A DNA stretch of 64,000 nucleotides, taken from contig JAPDFW010000063.1 of the NCBI GenBank assembly GCA_028826165.1, forward strand, positions 558,001 through 622,000, given 5' to 3'. The notes under the pieces are model-generated. The model was not told where the DNA came from, did not search any database, and saw nothing but the letters and a program-made list of their open reading frames with translations. Position 1 is the first letter of the stretch. Each line of letters opens with the position of its first letter. The DNA comes from Anaeramoeba ignava BMAN (taxonomy: Eukaryota > Protista > Anaeramoebae). Positions 61,701-64,000 of this stretch are shown piece after piece. Made by a program: the position numbers and the translations under genes.

Positions 61701-63622
61701 AATAAATCAAAATTAATAAATCAAAATTAATAAATGAAAATTAATAAATCAAAATTAATAAATCAAAATTAATAAATCAAAATTAATAAATTAAAATTAA
61801 TAAATCAAAATTAATAAATTAATAAATGAAAATTAATAAATGAAAATTAATAAATCAAAATTAATAAATTAAAATTAATAAATTAAAATCAAAATTAATA
61901 AATAATAAATCAAAATTAATAAATCAAAATTAATAAATTAAAATTAATAAATCAAAATTAATAAATTAAAATTAATAAATGAAAATTAATAAATGAAAAT
62001 TAATAAATCAAAATTAATAAATCAAAATTTAAAATTAAAATTAATAAATCAAAATTAATAAATCAAAATTAATAAATCAAAATTAATAAATCAAAATTAA
62101 TAAATCAAAATTAATAAATCAAAATTAATAAATCAAAATTAATAAATCAAAATTAATAAATCAAAATTAATAAATCAAAATTAATAAATCAAAATTAATA
62201 AATCAAAATTAATAAAATAGACAAGATGTTTGGTGCACTCCAAATTTCTTTTTAGAAATGAGAAAAGGATCACAAGAAGAACATGCAATGCTTCAAGTCA
62301 ATATGTTTTTATCACTTAATATTGATGCTTATTTTTGTTATGGAAAAACAAAATCAGGAGAAGGTCATTCATGGGTTCTTGTTAGAGAACCTGATTCATC
62401 AATAACATTTTATGAAACTTCAACATCTAAAGAATATCATATTCCTTCAAAATGGAAAGGAGAAACAAAAGGAGAATTAAGTCTTGATTTTGATAGAAAA
62501 AATCAAAGTATTTAAAAAAAATAATTTTATAAATAATAATAATAAATTTTGTTTTTTTAAAAAAAAAAGTTGAAGATAAAGAGGAAATTAAAAATGATAA
62601 TAAAGAAGCTCTTTTAGATAGTGATTTAAGTATTGAAGATGAAAAGGATCAAAACAAAAACCAAATTCCAAAAGAAACTCCAAAAGCAGAAAAAGAATTC
62701 CAATTATTTAATATTGTTCATTTTTCAAGTGATAGAATTTCTCTTCCTTATTCTCAATTACATATTGTTGCAAATCATAAAAATTTATGGGCTAATATTC
62801 AACCTTCTTTAGATCCTGCTAAAATTACTTATGATTTTGAAAATGATGATTTATGGAATCCTTTTGTTGATAAAGATTTTACTATTGATGTTAAACCTTA
62901 TTATGAACATAAGAGAATTGGACCTAAGTAAATTATTATAAAATATTTTTATAGAAAATTTTCCAAAAACATGAAATTTGAAATTTTAATTTAAATTTTT
63001 AATTTTTTAAAGATTAACAGATGGAAGAGCTCGTTCAATTCAAATACAAATAAGAGAAGAAGTTTTTTCAGGATTTACTAATTGGAGACATGGAGAACAT
63101 TTAAAAACACCAAAAATCCAAAAAATGGTTCCAGTAATTGAAAGTGGATTAGAATTTTTTGAGAAATTAGCATTAGGAAAAATTGATGAAAAAGATAAAA
63201 AGGAATATTTCCTTTGGAAAGGAAAATTAACACAAGTTACACCTCCAGGTTATTCATTTCAAGGTGTTCCTATTAATTTTTCTTATATTGATCCTTCTCG
63301 AATTAGAAATTATGTTTTGGAACATTATGATTTCCATAAAGAAACTAATAAAGATGTTTGTTTTTCTGTTGGTGCTTATGTTAAAACTTATCATAATTCA
63401 ATTTGTTCTGTTTGGGTTTTTATTGTTAAAATGATTCCTATTCCTCCTGAAAAGAAAAAAGTTGATGATTCAATTGAAGATGAAAATAATAACAATAACA
63501 ATAATAACAATAATAATAACAATAATAATAATTTGGAAGATAGTGATTCAGAAGATAATAAAAGTAATAAAGATGAAACTCTTGATAATCAACCAGTTAC
63601 TCCACTTTTACAAAAGAAATGA
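58769..63622 (+). CDS. Multi-C2-domain protein with inactive transglutaminase-like and C-terminal domains of the CEP76/CC2D2A family, 9 exons
   Basis: Exons 58769-58778, 58854-59104, 59174-59413, 59893-60347, 60433-60986, 61055-61463, 62221-62507, 62570-62927, 63013-63622. C2: ADPFIE..YDWN, ARNLRATDANGLTDGY..FDEDAAGDDFLG. DVWCTP..KGSQEEHAML..GEGHSWVL; NLWANIQ; FQGVPINF..SVWVF. Confidence 0.8.
61530..62215. repeat. 14-bp minisatellite (AATAAATCAAAATT)n in intron 6 of the C2-domain gene
   Basis: Directly visible; more than 40 units. Confidence 0.93.
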
Positions 63623-63798
63623 ATTTTCAATTAATTTTCTTTTTCTTTTTCTTTTTTTTTGCTTTTATTTGATTTGATTTCATTTCAAAAAGAAAAATTT
63701 TTCACTTTTTCTTCTTTTTCTTCTTTTTTCTCTTTTGAATTCAAAAAAAATCCCGAAAAGAAAAAAAAAATATTTTTGTTTTTGTTCTTTTTGTTAAA

Positions 63799-64000
63799 TT
63801 AAAAATCTTGAATATAACCAAAAAAATTAGACCAATCTTGAAAACTTTTAGATCCTTTTTCTAAATAAACTTCTCTTTTTAAAGATCTATCAACAATATC
63901 ATTTAAAGAACCAATAACAGAACCTCCAATCCAAGAAATATAATTAGCATTTTTTTTATTATGATTAAAATGTAATTTTCCTTTTAAAAATTGAACATCT
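63799..64000 (-). CDS. ACTR10: 3' end of an actin-related protein, Arp11/ACTR10-like (dynactin pointed-end)
   Basis: Minus-strand frame reads ANYISWIGGSVIGSLNDIVDRSLKREVYLEKGSKSFQDWS..., matching ACTR10 ANCVAWLGGAIFGALQDI..RSVSKEYY...PDW. Stop at 63799. Confidence 0.65.
   Translation of the reverse strand, partial: DVQFLKGKLHFNHNKKNANYISWIGGSVIGSLNDIVDRSLKREVYLEKGSKSFQDWSNFFGYIQDF

Noticed and set aside
1-64000. tRNA, rRNA, inteins or self-splicing introns
   Set aside because: No GC-rich structured segments, intein splice motifs or homing endonuclease motifs were recognised by eye; a covariance-model or HMM scan would be needed to exclude small ones.

Overview
Extremely AT-rich, gene-dense eukaryotic (protist) DNA with GT-AG spliceosomal introns and the standard genetic code (TAA, TAG and TGA all end genes). 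The ankyrin-BTB gene style and repeat-filled introns resemble amoeboid metamonads such as Anaeramoeba, but that assignment is inference only. By splicing exons by hand I reconstructed about 18 host genes, several absent or fragmented in the ORF track: ALDH7 (3'-truncated), a TPP1/Est3-like OB-fold protein, an ankyrin-BTB-BTB protein, a QN-repeat protein, an 8-exon Rab18-like GTPase, cullin-4, a SCYL2-like pseudokinase, Ku70, three intronless modular cell-surface proteins (beta-propeller with or without an FN3 stalk), two tandem membrane-anchored armadillo-repeat genes, an ATP6AP2-like protein, LIS1, cyclin Y, UBE2S, a multi-C2 CEP76/CC2D2A-family protein and the 3' end of Arp11/ACTR10. A ~4.5 kb APE-RT-CCHC non-LTR retrotransposon is inserted in a tandem repeat and ends in a hairpin plus an (AAAATC)n tail. 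Two nucleosome-scale satellites (~143 and ~163 bp units) lie between divergent genes. The most striking observation is the ARM-repeat gene pair at 31.1-35.6 kb: each repeat is one symmetric phase-1 exon, exon+intron cassettes are near-identical duplicates, and yet the helix-3 codons are hypervariable. This is a candidate exon-shuffling variable-receptor system. Several single-base frame breaks are most likely assembly errors.
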